Assembly: GCF_035084215.1 (NCBI RefSeq)
Contig: NC_090333.1
Coordinates: 67,518,001 to 67,582,000 of the forward strand
Length of the DNA stretch: 64,000 bases
DNA from: Heptranchias perlo
Lineage: Eukaryota
Reading direction: 5' to 3'
Shown here: positions 26,086 to 36,068 of the stretch, piece after piece
How positions within the stretch are numbered: position 1 is the stretch's first letter
Layout of the letters: the number at the start of each line of letters is the position of its first letter
Made by a program: the position numbers and the translations under genes
The notes under the pieces: generated by a model
Told to the model about the DNA's origin: nothing
Database searches by the model: none
The model's input: only the letters and a program-made list of their open reading frames with translations

Positions 26086-26621
26086 TAGGGATGAAGAGCA
26101 AGTGTGGAAACTTGAATTGAAAAGTTAAAAACATAGGTTAACATTTTGGATGGAAAACTTAATCAGATTGGAGTTCTGAAGAAAGGTCCTTTCACAATGT
26201 CACTATATGTTTTTCCCCTTTCAGATGCTTACCAACTTTCTGTTGCAGTTCTAGCCATTTGGAAGGGGCTGGAAGGCTATACATGCAGCAGTTGCTTATT
26301 GAGTTAGTAGGCCCTGGGTTAGGTGTGGTTCTGAAGAAGTAAAAGAATTAACTTGTGCTGCATCAGCTGAAGTTGCAAACTACCATCTGGCACTGGCCTA
26401 AATGTAGTAAAGGGAGTACCTAGAAAGAGGTGGACTTATTGATACTTAAGGTGGAAACAGCTGTGTCACTGAACCCAGTTAGGTAATAGCAGGACTGTCA
26501 CCTCATGTTTTGTAATAAAACTATGACTGGATAAATCCGTAAATCATGTAAGGAATATTTATCAAAGGGTATGAGTCAAATCCCCTCTACCTCAATTCAA
26601 CATCAGAGAATTTACTACCAT

Positions 26622-26940
26622 GTTTTTTTTTTTATTCGTTCGCGGGATGTGGGCGTCGCTGGTGAGGCCAGCATTTATTGCCCATCCCTAATTGCCCTCG
26701 AGAAGGTGGTGGTGAGCCACCTTCTTGAACCGCTGCAGTCCGTGTGGTGACGGTTCTCCCACAGTGCTGTTAGGAAGGGAGTTCCAGGATTTTGACCCAG
26801 CGACGATGAAGGAACGGCGATATATTTCCAAGTCGGGATGGTGTGTGACTTAGAGGGGAACGTGCAGGTGGTGTTGTTCCCATGCGCCTGCTGCTCTTGT
26901 CCTTCTAGGTGGTAGAGGTCGCGGGTTTGGGAGGTGCTAG
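26622..26940 (-). mobile_element. 3' end of the same Jockey/CR1-group LINE
   Basis: Poly-T tail followed by the reverse complement of the same 3' sequence. Confidence 0.9.
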
Positions 26941-27015
26941 AATTCTGGCTCACCTCTGAGCTGTATTACCCAGCTCAAAGTAGATTATCAGTTACACTAA
27001 CCAAACACCCCCCTT

Positions 27016-27018
<3 letters not shown>

Positions 27019-27058
<40 letters not shown>

Positions 27059-27082
27059 ACACACACACACACATATACACAC
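27019..27082. repeat. (CA)n microsatellite
   Basis: Direct reading. Confidence 0.97.
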
Positions 27083-28454
27083 TATTGTGTGAATGAGTTA
27101 TCCTCATGCCAGAGTCATGAAAAATGGAGTCAGATACAGAAACTGATGCATTAACATAACTTTACTAATTCACCTATGACAACACAATTAATACCATTTT
27201 AAGATTAAGCATTAAGGAGTACATAAAGTACCTGGTAGATATGGTTAAGTGACAGGATCTAAATCATTACAGACCCAAGCGTAGTTTAAATATATCACAA
27301 TAACTTTACATTAGCTGGGCTCTACTTAATACCAGATAAAGTGACACTCAATATCCAGGCTACCAGCTTTGACTAACCAGAATGTCCAGGTATGTTTCAA
27401 GTCTATTTCAGTGTATTGCCTATAAGCTGCTGGCTTCAACAATATTATCTCTTCCTTTCGTACATCCTCATCCGTCTGAGTCAATGATGGTAGATTTGGG
27501 CAGATTTGCCTCCCTTTAGAACACTCATATTCAGCTCTGGGGATATGTGCAGGGTTAAGGAACATCCATAGCTATGGTACTCCTGCTTTCTTGGATCATT
27601 ATCTTCCATCCTGGTATAATCCAACCTTGTATGTATGTTATTAAATTCATTTCTAATTTCTATGTCTCTCTTCTCAGAGACTTGAGCTATTACATATCAG
27701 TGATATACTTTAACATTTGACTTTGAACCTTCTAAGCACAACCTTTTCAAACCTTTTTCTGGTTTTATTCCCAATAACTCTCTCCTTTGGGTGTCCAAAG
27801 TACAATATTTTATACTTTTGACTACAAAAGGTAAAACCCCCTTTCCTAACTGTTAGGTGACCAACCAAGATGACCCACTTTGTCAGATGGATAAATATTT
27901 AAGTGCTATTTACTCTTAATAGACAGGTCAGGAACCCATCATGGCCAGATTCCAATTAGTTGAGAAGGTCAGGCCGTTGGAAAGACATTTACTCCCTTTT
28001 TATCCTGTCAGCCCTGTATCACTATATTATCTGTCTCTTCTATGCCATATGCACTCGCAGCCTTTCCATTCCACTTTCTCTTCTATTTCATGTTCTCCCT
28101 CTCTCTCCTTTTCTACATATTATCTCTGCTTTCTGGTTCACAGTGTCTCTCTCCTCTCCCCATCCTACCCTACTGTATGTCTCCTGGTTCACATTCTCTC
28201 TGCCCACTTCCTATTTTTATTCAGGCACCAGAAAAATAGAAATGGGAAGAATGTGGCCAATTGTGCTACCAAACATTAGAAGTATGAGGGATAGGAACAT
28301 AGGGATTGCTCGATGAAAAAAGACCATGGTCCATCAAGTTTGCCTTCCACCATCCTAGTAGTCACACGATACAACGATAATGGAGTTGTTGACTAATCAT
28401 AGCAATCAATCTCTATCAATTAGTCTAGTCCATGTTTCACATTTTTGTTGCATG

Positions 28455-29234
28455 TGTTAGACTCGAATTTTTGGAGCAAAACCAGACGGAGACAGAACTG
28501 CTGACCAAGTTAAAGTTTATTAGAAAACCTTGTGCACAAAGGGAGAGTGGCAAGCTTCCTCAAGCTCATGACTAACTCTCAAAGGAACACCAGCACTACA
28601 AGCATGTTTATACCTTTCAATAAGCAACACCCACCTGCTGTGGAAGGTGGTACATGTCTACATAACTACAGTGGGTTTCATTGGGTGGTACAGCCTGCCA
28701 CTCACTTGTCAGGGCTACCTTGGGTCGTCCCATGACATTAAACAGCTCACATTCCTGAGGAGGACCTTTATCAATAAACACATAAGTCCCAGACATTGAA
28801 ACTACACAAAGGATCTTCACAAAGTCCTGAGCAGCTGCTTCTATCTGACTCCCTTTTGAGCTGGGGTAACCTTGGAGACATCCACCGCTCCTCCCTTTAT
28901 CATCCGAAGTGAGCGAGTTAGGATAAACAATGTCGGCTTCGGCCTTGGATAAACTTTCCCTAGTGTGTTCTGGAGATAAGCGAGGTGGTAGCCACAAATC
29001 CAACAAACCTGCCTTTGTCAGCTTTTACAGTGTGGGTTAAAAGCTGCTCCCATAATGGTCAAGTATCCCATCATGCTTTGCTGCTATCTAGATGCTACAT
29101 GTGCGATTTAACTACTTATGTGTGTGAGGATAAGAGTGGCTAATCATTCTTTAATAAATATATATATATATATAGGTAAGGGGAGGCTGGAGGTTTTAGA
29201 TTTCTGTTCACAAGCCTATTTTTCCAGCCCAACA
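28455..29234 (-). repeat. 3' LTR (780 bp)
   Basis: Direct repeat of 33058-33843; minus-strand TATAAA near 28607-28612 and AATAAA near 28517-28522. Confidence 0.97.
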
Positions 29235-29254
29235 GTCCCCCCCTCCAACCCCCC
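29235..29254 (-). promoter_or_regulatory. Polypurine tract
   Basis: GGGGGGTTGGAGGGGGGGAC immediately before the TGTTGG start of the 3' LTR. Confidence 0.85.
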
Positions 29255-29611
29255 GAAAAACACCTATACAGTGGGGTTGGAAATTGTATTATTCAGGGAA
29301 AAGCAAGAGTGCAAGTGACTGAGGTTTTGTATAATAATCAACCAAATTTTCCACCCCTCTTCCCTCCCCAGCCCACTGGCTATTACAGGGGGATCCTCTA
29401 TTGATCACATATGATCCAGCATGCGTCCTGTCGAGGCGGCCGCCCGTCGAGGCACTGGGTATGCATCAAAAGAGGGTAATTAGTCATTTACATTAAAACT
29501 ATTCCCGATTCGATCTCCTGCTGCTCTCGTCACCTACACACTTGATTTTTCCCACAAGCGGCTGAAATCGTCTGAAACACGGGTGGGGGAGGGGGCGCAT
29601 ACGCCAACTGC

Positions 29612-30487
29612 TTAAACCACCTGTTTAGCGAGATGTTTTGCCTTAGCCCGCTTACATTTCTTACATGCCATACATAGCAGAATAAAGACCAGTATTAACT
29701 GCACCATGACCAAAACATGGGAAATTAGTCGGATCCATGGGTGAATCTGTACATTTAGTCCCCAGTCCCATAAGTCATCCCACCACGTGGTCACCTTGAT
29801 CGCCTCGATGTCTTTCCTCAACTCCTTGCTCCGCTGTTGCATGGTATAATACACCTGCTGGGAATGTTGAACCTTTTCTCGTAACTGTCTCAGGTGTTCG
29901 GGCAATGGAGGTATTGGATATCCAAACGTGTTGATGTAGTTCCATACATCATTCCTCGTGTCTTCGGACACTTGAAGAAAGGTAGTGTTGTACTGATGTA
30001 TGTCCACCAGCTCCTCATGTCCAATTCGTACGGGAATTTCCGGGGTGAAGCAAAACTCTGGACTGGGGATGGCACACGTTAAGTAGGCATACTCGAACGA
30101 GTTTAAATGAGTCGTCACACAATAGTTGCCTTTTCCGGCGTAAGCCACTTGAGTGGGTTTTGTGGCGGCGTCCAGTGCCTCTATGGTGCAGTTAATTTCC
30201 AAGTCAGTGTTGTTAAATCCGCATTGGGCTTGCGGGCTTCGGCTGATCGTATGTGGACAGACTATGATGGCATGTCGAGTGACACATCCTTCCAATTTGG
30301 TTCCTACCAAATTTTCGTTTATTATCACTGCAAAAGGTAACACATTGTGATGAGATACATGCATGCCGTCTTTTATTACGCCAATATTCTGCACCCGATA
30401 CACCTCTCGCCCCCGAGTCTCCGGGGTCAGGACTGGGATGACCAAAACCAGACCCAGGAGCCCTCCCCCATCCGGTTTGCACTCCAC
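29612..30487 (-). CDS. env: Env-like fusion glycoprotein, C-terminal part (paramyxovirus-F-like), N-terminally disrupted
   Basis: Cys-rich ectodomain, N-x-T sequons, heptad-like LREKVQHSQQ...KDIEAIK, Trp-rich WWDDLWDW, hydrophobic TM, basic tail; no ATG at the ORF start. Confidence 0.85.
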   Translation of the reverse strand: MECKPDGGGLLGLVLVIPVLTPETRGREVYRVQNIGVIKDGMHVSHHNVLPFAVIINENLVGTKLEGCVTRHAIIVCPHTISRSPQAQCGFNNTDLEINCTIEALDAATKPTQVAYAGKGNYCVTTHLNSFEYAYLTCAIPSPEFCFTPEIPVRIGHEELVDIHQYNTTFLQVSEDTRNDVWNYINTFGYPIPPLPEHLRQLREKVQHSQQVYYTMQQRSKELRKDIEAIKVTTWWDDLWDWGLNVQIHPWIRLISHVLVMVQLILVFILLCMACKKCKRAKAKHLAKQVV

Positions 30488-30569
30488 TTGGGTGGGGTAG
30501 GACCGTTAAGCTCCTCTATTTTTCAGTATTGTAAACACTCAACCCTGGTGGGGGTACAGGAGGGATGCT

Positions 30570-30772
30570 AAATCCCTTGGTTGTTCTGGCAGCACATGGC
30601 CCTCCGCTCCCCGGTATCGCAACTAACGCATACCCCCCCCTTGGTTAGCATCCATATAGCATGTGTGTGTACCAAACTCGTCCCCACACCATCCCAACTT
30701 CGAGTTAGCAGATGCCTGCCTATAAACCAGCAGTCCCAACAATCCTATCGTCCCTGATACAGACCATTTCAT
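30570..30772 (-). pseudogene. Signal-peptide-bearing N-terminus of env, or a small secreted ORF, disrupted
   Basis: ATG at 30772: MKWSVSGTIGLLGLLVYRQASA-NSKLGWCGDEFGTHTC...; exactly 95 codons upstream of and in frame with the env ORF, with three stops in between; G8 run at 30633-30640. Confidence 0.6.
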
Positions 30773-31169
30773 AGTGTTCAAGTCGCTACTGTCTCAGGTT
30801 CAGGGACCAGTGCTGGGCCGGGGTAGGCGGAGAGGGGTCCAATAGACCTGGGAAAAAGGGGAAAGAAATAGAGAGGAGGAGAAGGTGGAGGAAGAAAAAG
30901 AAAAAAATGATGTGAGCTCAAAATTTAAGAGGCGTGTCCCGGGACGAGGTGGGTTTATATTCCAGTCTGGATAACCAATAGCACGGAGCGTTGGAGAGTC
31001 GATATATCCGGTAGCGGTGACAGTACTGGGACCGGCCCGTGTACCTGTAAGGGAGAGAGAGAGATACATAACATCCTAAACAATTGACTCGATCTTCTGA
31101 CCTTGGTCCTGGAAAAACAAGAGAGCTGAAAGGTTTTCTTATAGGGATTAGGGGAACTCCCTTCCCCGG

Positions 31170-31497
31170 GTGCCATCACCGGCTTAGTTTGGCTCCAGTG
31201 TCTCCACCTTACATCCAATTTCTCTTGCAAGCACACCGAGGTTCCCGTACTGAGGAGGACCTGGTACCGCCCATCCCATCGTGGCTCAAAAGTACCTCGA
31301 ACCGGTCGCTGAACCATCACCCATTGTCCCACACAGGGGGGTGCTTTCCAAACCCCTTCCAATTTCTTAGCATCCTGTGCCTCCTGTAAATGCTGAACCC
31401 GGAAATGATTAGCCTGGTTGGTCTCACTGAGCAGACGCAGGTATGTCAGGAGGGTGTTTTGGAACTGGGAAGTGTCCCCAATGTTCATACCGTTCAA
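31170..31497 (-). pseudogene. Integrase C-terminal domain remnant (pol otherwise deleted)
   Basis: VGQWVMVQRPVRGTFEPRWDGRYQVLLSTGTSVCL...WRHWSQTK matches the retroviral PRWxGPYxVLLxTxT...WxH pattern. Confidence 0.85.
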
Positions 31498-32386
31498 TTA
31501 CCAGGTCAATATACGCAATGGGGTCTTCCCCTGGGTTTTGTCGTAGGGCTGTGAGTCCCGTCCAGGTGGCAGTGCCGTTACCCAATCCATCTTGAACCCA
31601 GGTCTTTAGAGCTTCAAATTGGGTGTCATACTCGACCATAGTGGCTGGGATCTGCAAATTCCAAGGGGGCAACGCCCCATAGACAGCGGAGGGGCACTTA
31701 ACCTCAATGATATCTTTTATGCCCTGTATAGACAGATTAAAATGTCGGGCGGCGCTTTGTATCTTTGCCCATACCTCGACATTGGGGTTATGTTGCTTCA
31801 GGTCGGGAATGAGAAGGATCACGCTGGATCTCTCCTGTGGTGTAAAAGACTGAGATTCCCCCAGTGTGCCCCTGCCTCCCATTTCCCCATTTGCTGCCAC
31901 TCCGGCTGGGTTTACTCGGACAGGGGCAATGGATTTCGGCTCCCCATTTCCAGGTTGTACCGGTGCCGAAGGGCCGATACGGTTGTATTCAGGCAGGCAC
32001 TCAGGCTGCGGCGTTTTGTGCTGCTGAGCCTCCATTGTCTTAACAATTCCCCCCCAATCCTGTAAATCGTCTAACTCCTCCGTTGCTGGCGCTTCCAGAT
32101 CCAAAAGACTGCTAACTCGAACTTTAGCCTCTTGTACAGGTCTCAAAAAGTCCTGTAGATGATACAATCTCCCCCATTTGTCCACGATTAAAGGTCCTGT
32201 CTGATCTGCCCAACAAGCGAGCAGAACAGTACCATAATTAGCTTGTTTAGCAGCCTTTTGCCTCACCCACCACTCTATTTGATCGACGACTGGACTGGTT
32301 TCCTTCCATCTGTTCCTAATCATTTCACTTTGATATTTTAAATTAGCCTCTTGGACTCGTTTTACAACAGAGACACAGGTGGGCAT
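31424..32386 (-). CDS. gag: Gag-like protein, truncated in the capsid C-terminal domain
   Basis: First ATG at 32386; FTPQE...LIPDL capsid-like helices; MHR-like WTGLTALRQNPGEDPIAY; no zinc knuckle. Confidence 0.75.
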   Translation of the reverse strand: MPTCVSVVKRVQEANLKYQSEMIRNRWKETSPVVDQIEWWVRQKAAKQANYGTVLLACWADQTGPLIVDKWGRLYHLQDFLRPVQEAKVRVSSLLDLEAPATEELDDLQDWGGIVKTMEAQQHKTPQPECLPEYNRIGPSAPVQPGNGEPKSIAPVRVNPAGVAANGEMGGRGTLGESQSFTPQERSSVILLIPDLKQHNPNVEVWAKIQSAARHFNLSIQGIKDIIEVKCPSAVYGALPPWNLQIPATMVEYDTQFEALKTWVQDGLGNGTATWTGLTALRQNPGEDPIAYIDLVIERYEHWGHFPVPKHPPDIPASAQ

Positions 32387-33037
32387 AGCCGGGACGTCTG
32401 GAGAAAGGGGTTTCCCCTCGTTACTCACGTCAATCGTTACGTATATCCTTATGCTCTATCTTATACTTTAATTTATTTTACTCTAATCTTATACTTTAAT
32501 TGGCACAAACGTATCACCTCATACTCTAATTTATAGACACTCACTGGTCACGGGATCACAATCCTGTGGTGGTTGTAGTTCCCCACACCTACTTAATCCT
32601 GGCCGTCACGTGGGACTACGTTCTCTTAATTCAGGCTCAGGCTAGGTGTTTGAGATAAACCACCACCCTTGTCCGTGTCGATCACCTCGTGACTCTCAAA
32701 ATCCAACCTTATACTGTATCAGAATAGCGGCATAAACTTATACTCTAAGCAAACAAACACTTATATACTATATCTTATATACCTACAGGTCTAGTCAATT
32801 CCGTCAATCCGTGGTCTCCGTGAGGAATTTTACTGCGTGGATAATTTTAATACTGCGGCAAGTGCCACTGCCAATCCTGTCTCCAATGATGAGACGAGCC
32901 CCTACCATAGGCTACCAGCCTCACCCTCGAGGGCTTTATACAGGGGAACCCCCTGTCTCGAGCACAAGTTTAACCTGTCTCACTATACTACCACGTACGC
33001 TCCAATACAGGATCCGTTAGCCTACCTGCAGCCCAGT

Positions 33038-33055
33038 ATCCCACTTCTGACACCA
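33038..33055 (-). promoter_or_regulatory. Primer binding site, tRNA-Leu
   Basis: TGGTGTCAGAAGTGGGAT, complementary to the tRNA-Leu(CAA/CAG) 3' end ATCCCACTTCTGACACCA, 2 nt inside the 5' LTR boundary. Confidence 0.92.
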
Positions 33056-33057
33056 AC

Positions 33058-33843
33058 TGTTAGACTCGAATTTTTGGAGCAAAACCAGACGGAGACGGAA
33101 CTGCTGACCAAGTTAAAGTTTATTAGAAAACCTTGTGCACAAAGGGAGAGTGGCAAGCTTCCTCAAGCTCCTGACTAACTCTCAAAGGAACATCAGCACT
33201 ACAAGCATGTTTATACCTTTCAATAAGCAACACCCACCTGCTGTGGAAGGTGGTACATGTCTACATAACTACAGTGGGTTTCATTGGGTGGTACAGCCTG
33301 CCACTCACTTGTCAGGGCTACCTTGGGTCGTCCCATGACATTAAACAGCTCACATTCCTGAGGAGGACCCTTATCAATAAACACACAAGTCCCAGACATT
33401 GAAACTACACAAAGGGCCTTCACAACGTCCTGAGCAGCTGCTTCTATCTGACTCCATTTTGAGCTGGGGTAACCTTGGAGACATCCACCGCTCCTCCCTT
33501 AATCATCCGAAGTGAGCTAGTTAGGATAAACAATGTCGGCTTCAGCCTTGGATAAACTTTCCCTTGTGTGTTCTGGAGATAAGCGAGGTGGTAGCCACAA
33601 ATCCAACAAACCTGCCTTTGTCAGCTTTTACAGTGTGGGTTAAAAGCTGCTCCCATAATGGTCAAGTATCCCATCATGCTTTGCTGCTATCTAGATGCTA
33701 CATGTGCGATTTAACTACTTATGTGTGTGAGGATAAGAGTGGCTAATCATTCTTTAATAAATATATATATACATATCAGGTTAGGTAAGGGGAGGCTGGA
33801 GGTTTTGGATTTCTGTTCACAAGCCTATTTTTCCAGCCCAACA
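33058..33843 (-). repeat. 5' LTR (786 bp)
   Basis: About 14 substitutions (counted by eye) plus an indel in the AT run relative to the 3' LTR. Confidence 0.97.
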
Positions 33844-33847
33844 CATC

Positions 33848-34240
33848 TGAGAGGTTGCAGCCCCCCTTCCACTACATGAGGGGGCTACTCCTCAACTTCT
33901 GGCTCCACTTAAGTACCACGCACTTGATCTTTGGTCACCTGGCGAGGGGTGGGCAAGTCAGAGGACCTCCTCGTGGGTCTGCTCCTGGGCCTGGCAAAGG
34001 TGGCCATCCCCAGGTGCAGGTTGGATGTGGCCCGTAGGGGTGGTCACTCTGGCTGCCTGCTTCTCTTCTGTGGCCTTATCCACTCCCGGGGTGGCCCTGG
34101 AGAAGGAGCCTGCAGCGTCCGCTGGTTCACTCAAGCCTTCAGAGACCGGCTTAAGTCCGGGACTTAAGTTCATAGGTTTCCTTTGTTTTTGCTTAAGTTC
34201 TTTATTAGTTGTGCCCCTTTAAAAAGGGGGCACTTTTGTT
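33848..34240 (+). mobile_element. Tx1/L1-like LINE 3' end fragment
   Basis: KSEDLLVGLLLGLAKVAI and gtgcccctttaaaaagggggcac 3' hairpin; homolog on - at about 63515-63735. Confidence 0.6.
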
Positions 34241-34572
34241 TGGTCACTGCACAAAAACCTATGTCTCCTTATAGGTTCATTAGAAAAGGCAAGAGAAACA
34301 CTTTTACACAGAGGTTGTGAGGCTGTGAAATTCACTTCCAAGGTTAGTGGTTGAGGCAGAAACTATGTCAGCATTCGAGGTTAGACTGGATCGCTGGAGG
34401 AAGGATCAAGGGATAGCAGAGTAGGATGAGTAAATGTAATTAGGACTATCTGCTTGTGTGGGGAGTGAAGGGAACGTTTGGGCCCATTTGCTTGTATGGA
34501 TTTTATTTAAAATTTTGCTGCTGCGGGGAAGAATGCAGGTGATGCCACTTGTAATACCTGCTCTGCCTGTAG

Positions 34573-34643
34573 TGGAGAGCGGAAAATTCATGGGGGAGAG
34601 GAAAGTGGGAACAAAGGCTCCTTGGGGTTTATCGGATGAATGG
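34573..34643 (+). pseudogene. BLMH: Bleomycin hydrolase fragment (copy B)
   Basis: WRAENSWG-EESGNKGSL-GLSDEW with two 1-nt insertions; about 88% identical to the reverse complement of 50323-50393. Confidence 0.75.
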
Positions 34644-34769
34644 CTGTGAGGGCAGTTTTCAATGGTGACAGTGCAGAAGTTTGCCCTTGATTGAATGACC
34701 CCGTTTCGCAATTGTACCGGTTGCTCAAACAACTGCTGTGAATCAGGGTGGGTGGGGGGGGGGGGGTCT

Positions 34770-35387
34770 AAACATCTACTGCGCGTGCGCTAAACGGAGG
34801 GCTCCGATCGCGGGATCTGCGGCGTTTGCGCAGGCGCCGCTAATTGCCTGCTGCGCACGCGCGGACCGATGCCTCCCGTTTGCGGGGCCCTGCAGCGGGT
34901 GCGCATGCGTAGCGGCGCAGTTTTAGGCCGGTGGCCCTAATTACAGCGCAGGTTTTACTGGTAACGGCTGACGTTTTATGTCTTTCTCTTAAGAAGGTAA
35001 AGCTTAAGTTTGAATGGTGTGTTAAAACAGATTCCTGAATCCAGATTAAAAGGGACGGTCGCCCCGATGGCCATTTGTTTTGTTTTTTTAAGCACTGTGA
35101 ACTTTTCTTTTGTCCTTGTGTGTGTGTTTTTTTCCCCCCTCGGCAGTGCGCCGCAACTTCCGGGAGAGCGGCCCAAGCTCTTATGATGGTGCCGATCGGT
35201 CTGGAGTTCTGAGGACAAACTAATTGTTTTTACTAATTTATAAAGAAGTCGATCAGCTCCGCTTCCCGGTGGGAAACTTTGGCGGCGGCGGCGGCGGACT
35301 CGCTGGGAGTTGTGCATCTCGGCGGGTGAGAGCAGATCTCCGCCGACACCCACGGCCGCCGGGAGGCAAAAGTGTCCCGGCTGGAGA
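34770..35387 (+). promoter_or_regulatory. CpG-island promoter and probable non-coding first exon
   Basis: High CpG density; four NRF1-like GCGC(A/G)(T/G/C)GCG motifs (34781, 34827, 34852, 34900); ETS acttccgg near 35156; ZNF143-like gctgggagttgtg near 35302; (GGC)n; donor CGG|GTGAGA at 35326. Confidence 0.65.
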
Positions 35388-35481
35388 TTTGTAAACAATT
35401 TTACAACACCAAGTTATAGTCCAGCAATTTTATTTTAAATTCACAAGCTTTCGGAGGCTTCCTCCTTCCTCAGGTAAATGT
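35388..35481 (-). mobile_element. Penelope-like element pseudo-LTR
   Basis: Hammerhead core followed by aataaaattgctggactataacttggtgttgt on -; sits inside the 11-bp duplication ccggctggaga (35377-35387 / 35623-35633). Confidence 0.8.
35439..35479 (-). ncRNA. Minimal type I hammerhead ribozyme
   Basis: AUUUAC-CUGAGGA-A-GGAGG-AAG-CCUCC-GAAA-GCUU-GUGAAU: stem I 6 bp, stem II 5 bp, palindromic AAGCUU stem III. Confidence 0.8.
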
Positions 35482-35605
35482 TTTCATTCTGTTCCAATAG
35501 TCCGAACATTCGTAGTTGCATTTGGGAACCTCTTCAAACCCACCCAAGGGTTGGCTTATGAGGAAAGATTGAACAGGTTGCGTCTATACTCATTGGCATT
35601 TAGAA

Positions 35606-35647
35606 GAGTGGTCGCTCACTCTCCGGCTGGAGAGTGAGCGACCACTC
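35606..35647. repeat. Perfect 19-bp hairpin
   Basis: gagtggtcgctcactctcc-ggct-ggagagtgagcgaccactc. Confidence 0.97.
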
Positions 35648-35724
35648 GGTGATACACCCCGGCCAAGACCAGTCCGGACCCCCCCCCCCTCCCCGGCCAA
35701 TGCCTCCGGAGTGGAATAGTGCAC

Positions 35725-36068
35725 GATTCCCTGCCCTTTCCCCATACCCTTTGACTTCTTAGCTGATCATAAATTTGTCTAACTCAGCCTTGAATGTATT
35801 CAGTGACTCAGTCTCCACAGCTTTTTGGGGTAAAGAATTCCAAAGATTCGCAACCCTCTGGGAGAAGAAATTCCTCCTAATTTCAGTCTTAAACGGGCGA
35901 CCCCTTATTCTGAGACTATGCCCCCTAGTTTTAGATTCCCCCATGAGGGGTAACATCCTCTCAGCATCTACCGTCCCCTCAGAATCTTGTATGTTTCAAT
36001 AAGATCTCCTCTCAATCTTCTAAATGCCAATGAGTATAGACCCAACCTGTTCAATCTTTCCTCATAAG
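35725..36068 (-). mobile_element. CR1 3' fragment
   Basis: TRGHSLRIRGRPFKTEIRRNFFSQRVANLWNSLP; same subfamily as 59595-61752. Confidence 0.9.

Larger units (their letters stand above)
28455..33843 (-). mobile_element. Endogenous retrovirus-like LTR element, internally deleted (5389 bp)
   Basis: Two about 98% identical LTRs (TGTT...AACA), tRNA-Leu PBS, PPT, flanks CATG/CATC, gag, integrase C-terminal domain and env-like ORFs. Confidence 0.95.

Noticed and set aside
27085-27930. Possible LTR-like block
   Set aside because: Could not define termini or a TSD.
28532-29006. ORFs duplicated at 33135-33423
   Set aside because: They lie inside the LTRs; duplication reflects LTR identity, not coding.
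33038-33055. tRNA-Leu gene fragment
   Set aside because: Only 18 nt including CCA and adjacent to an LTR; it is a primer binding site.
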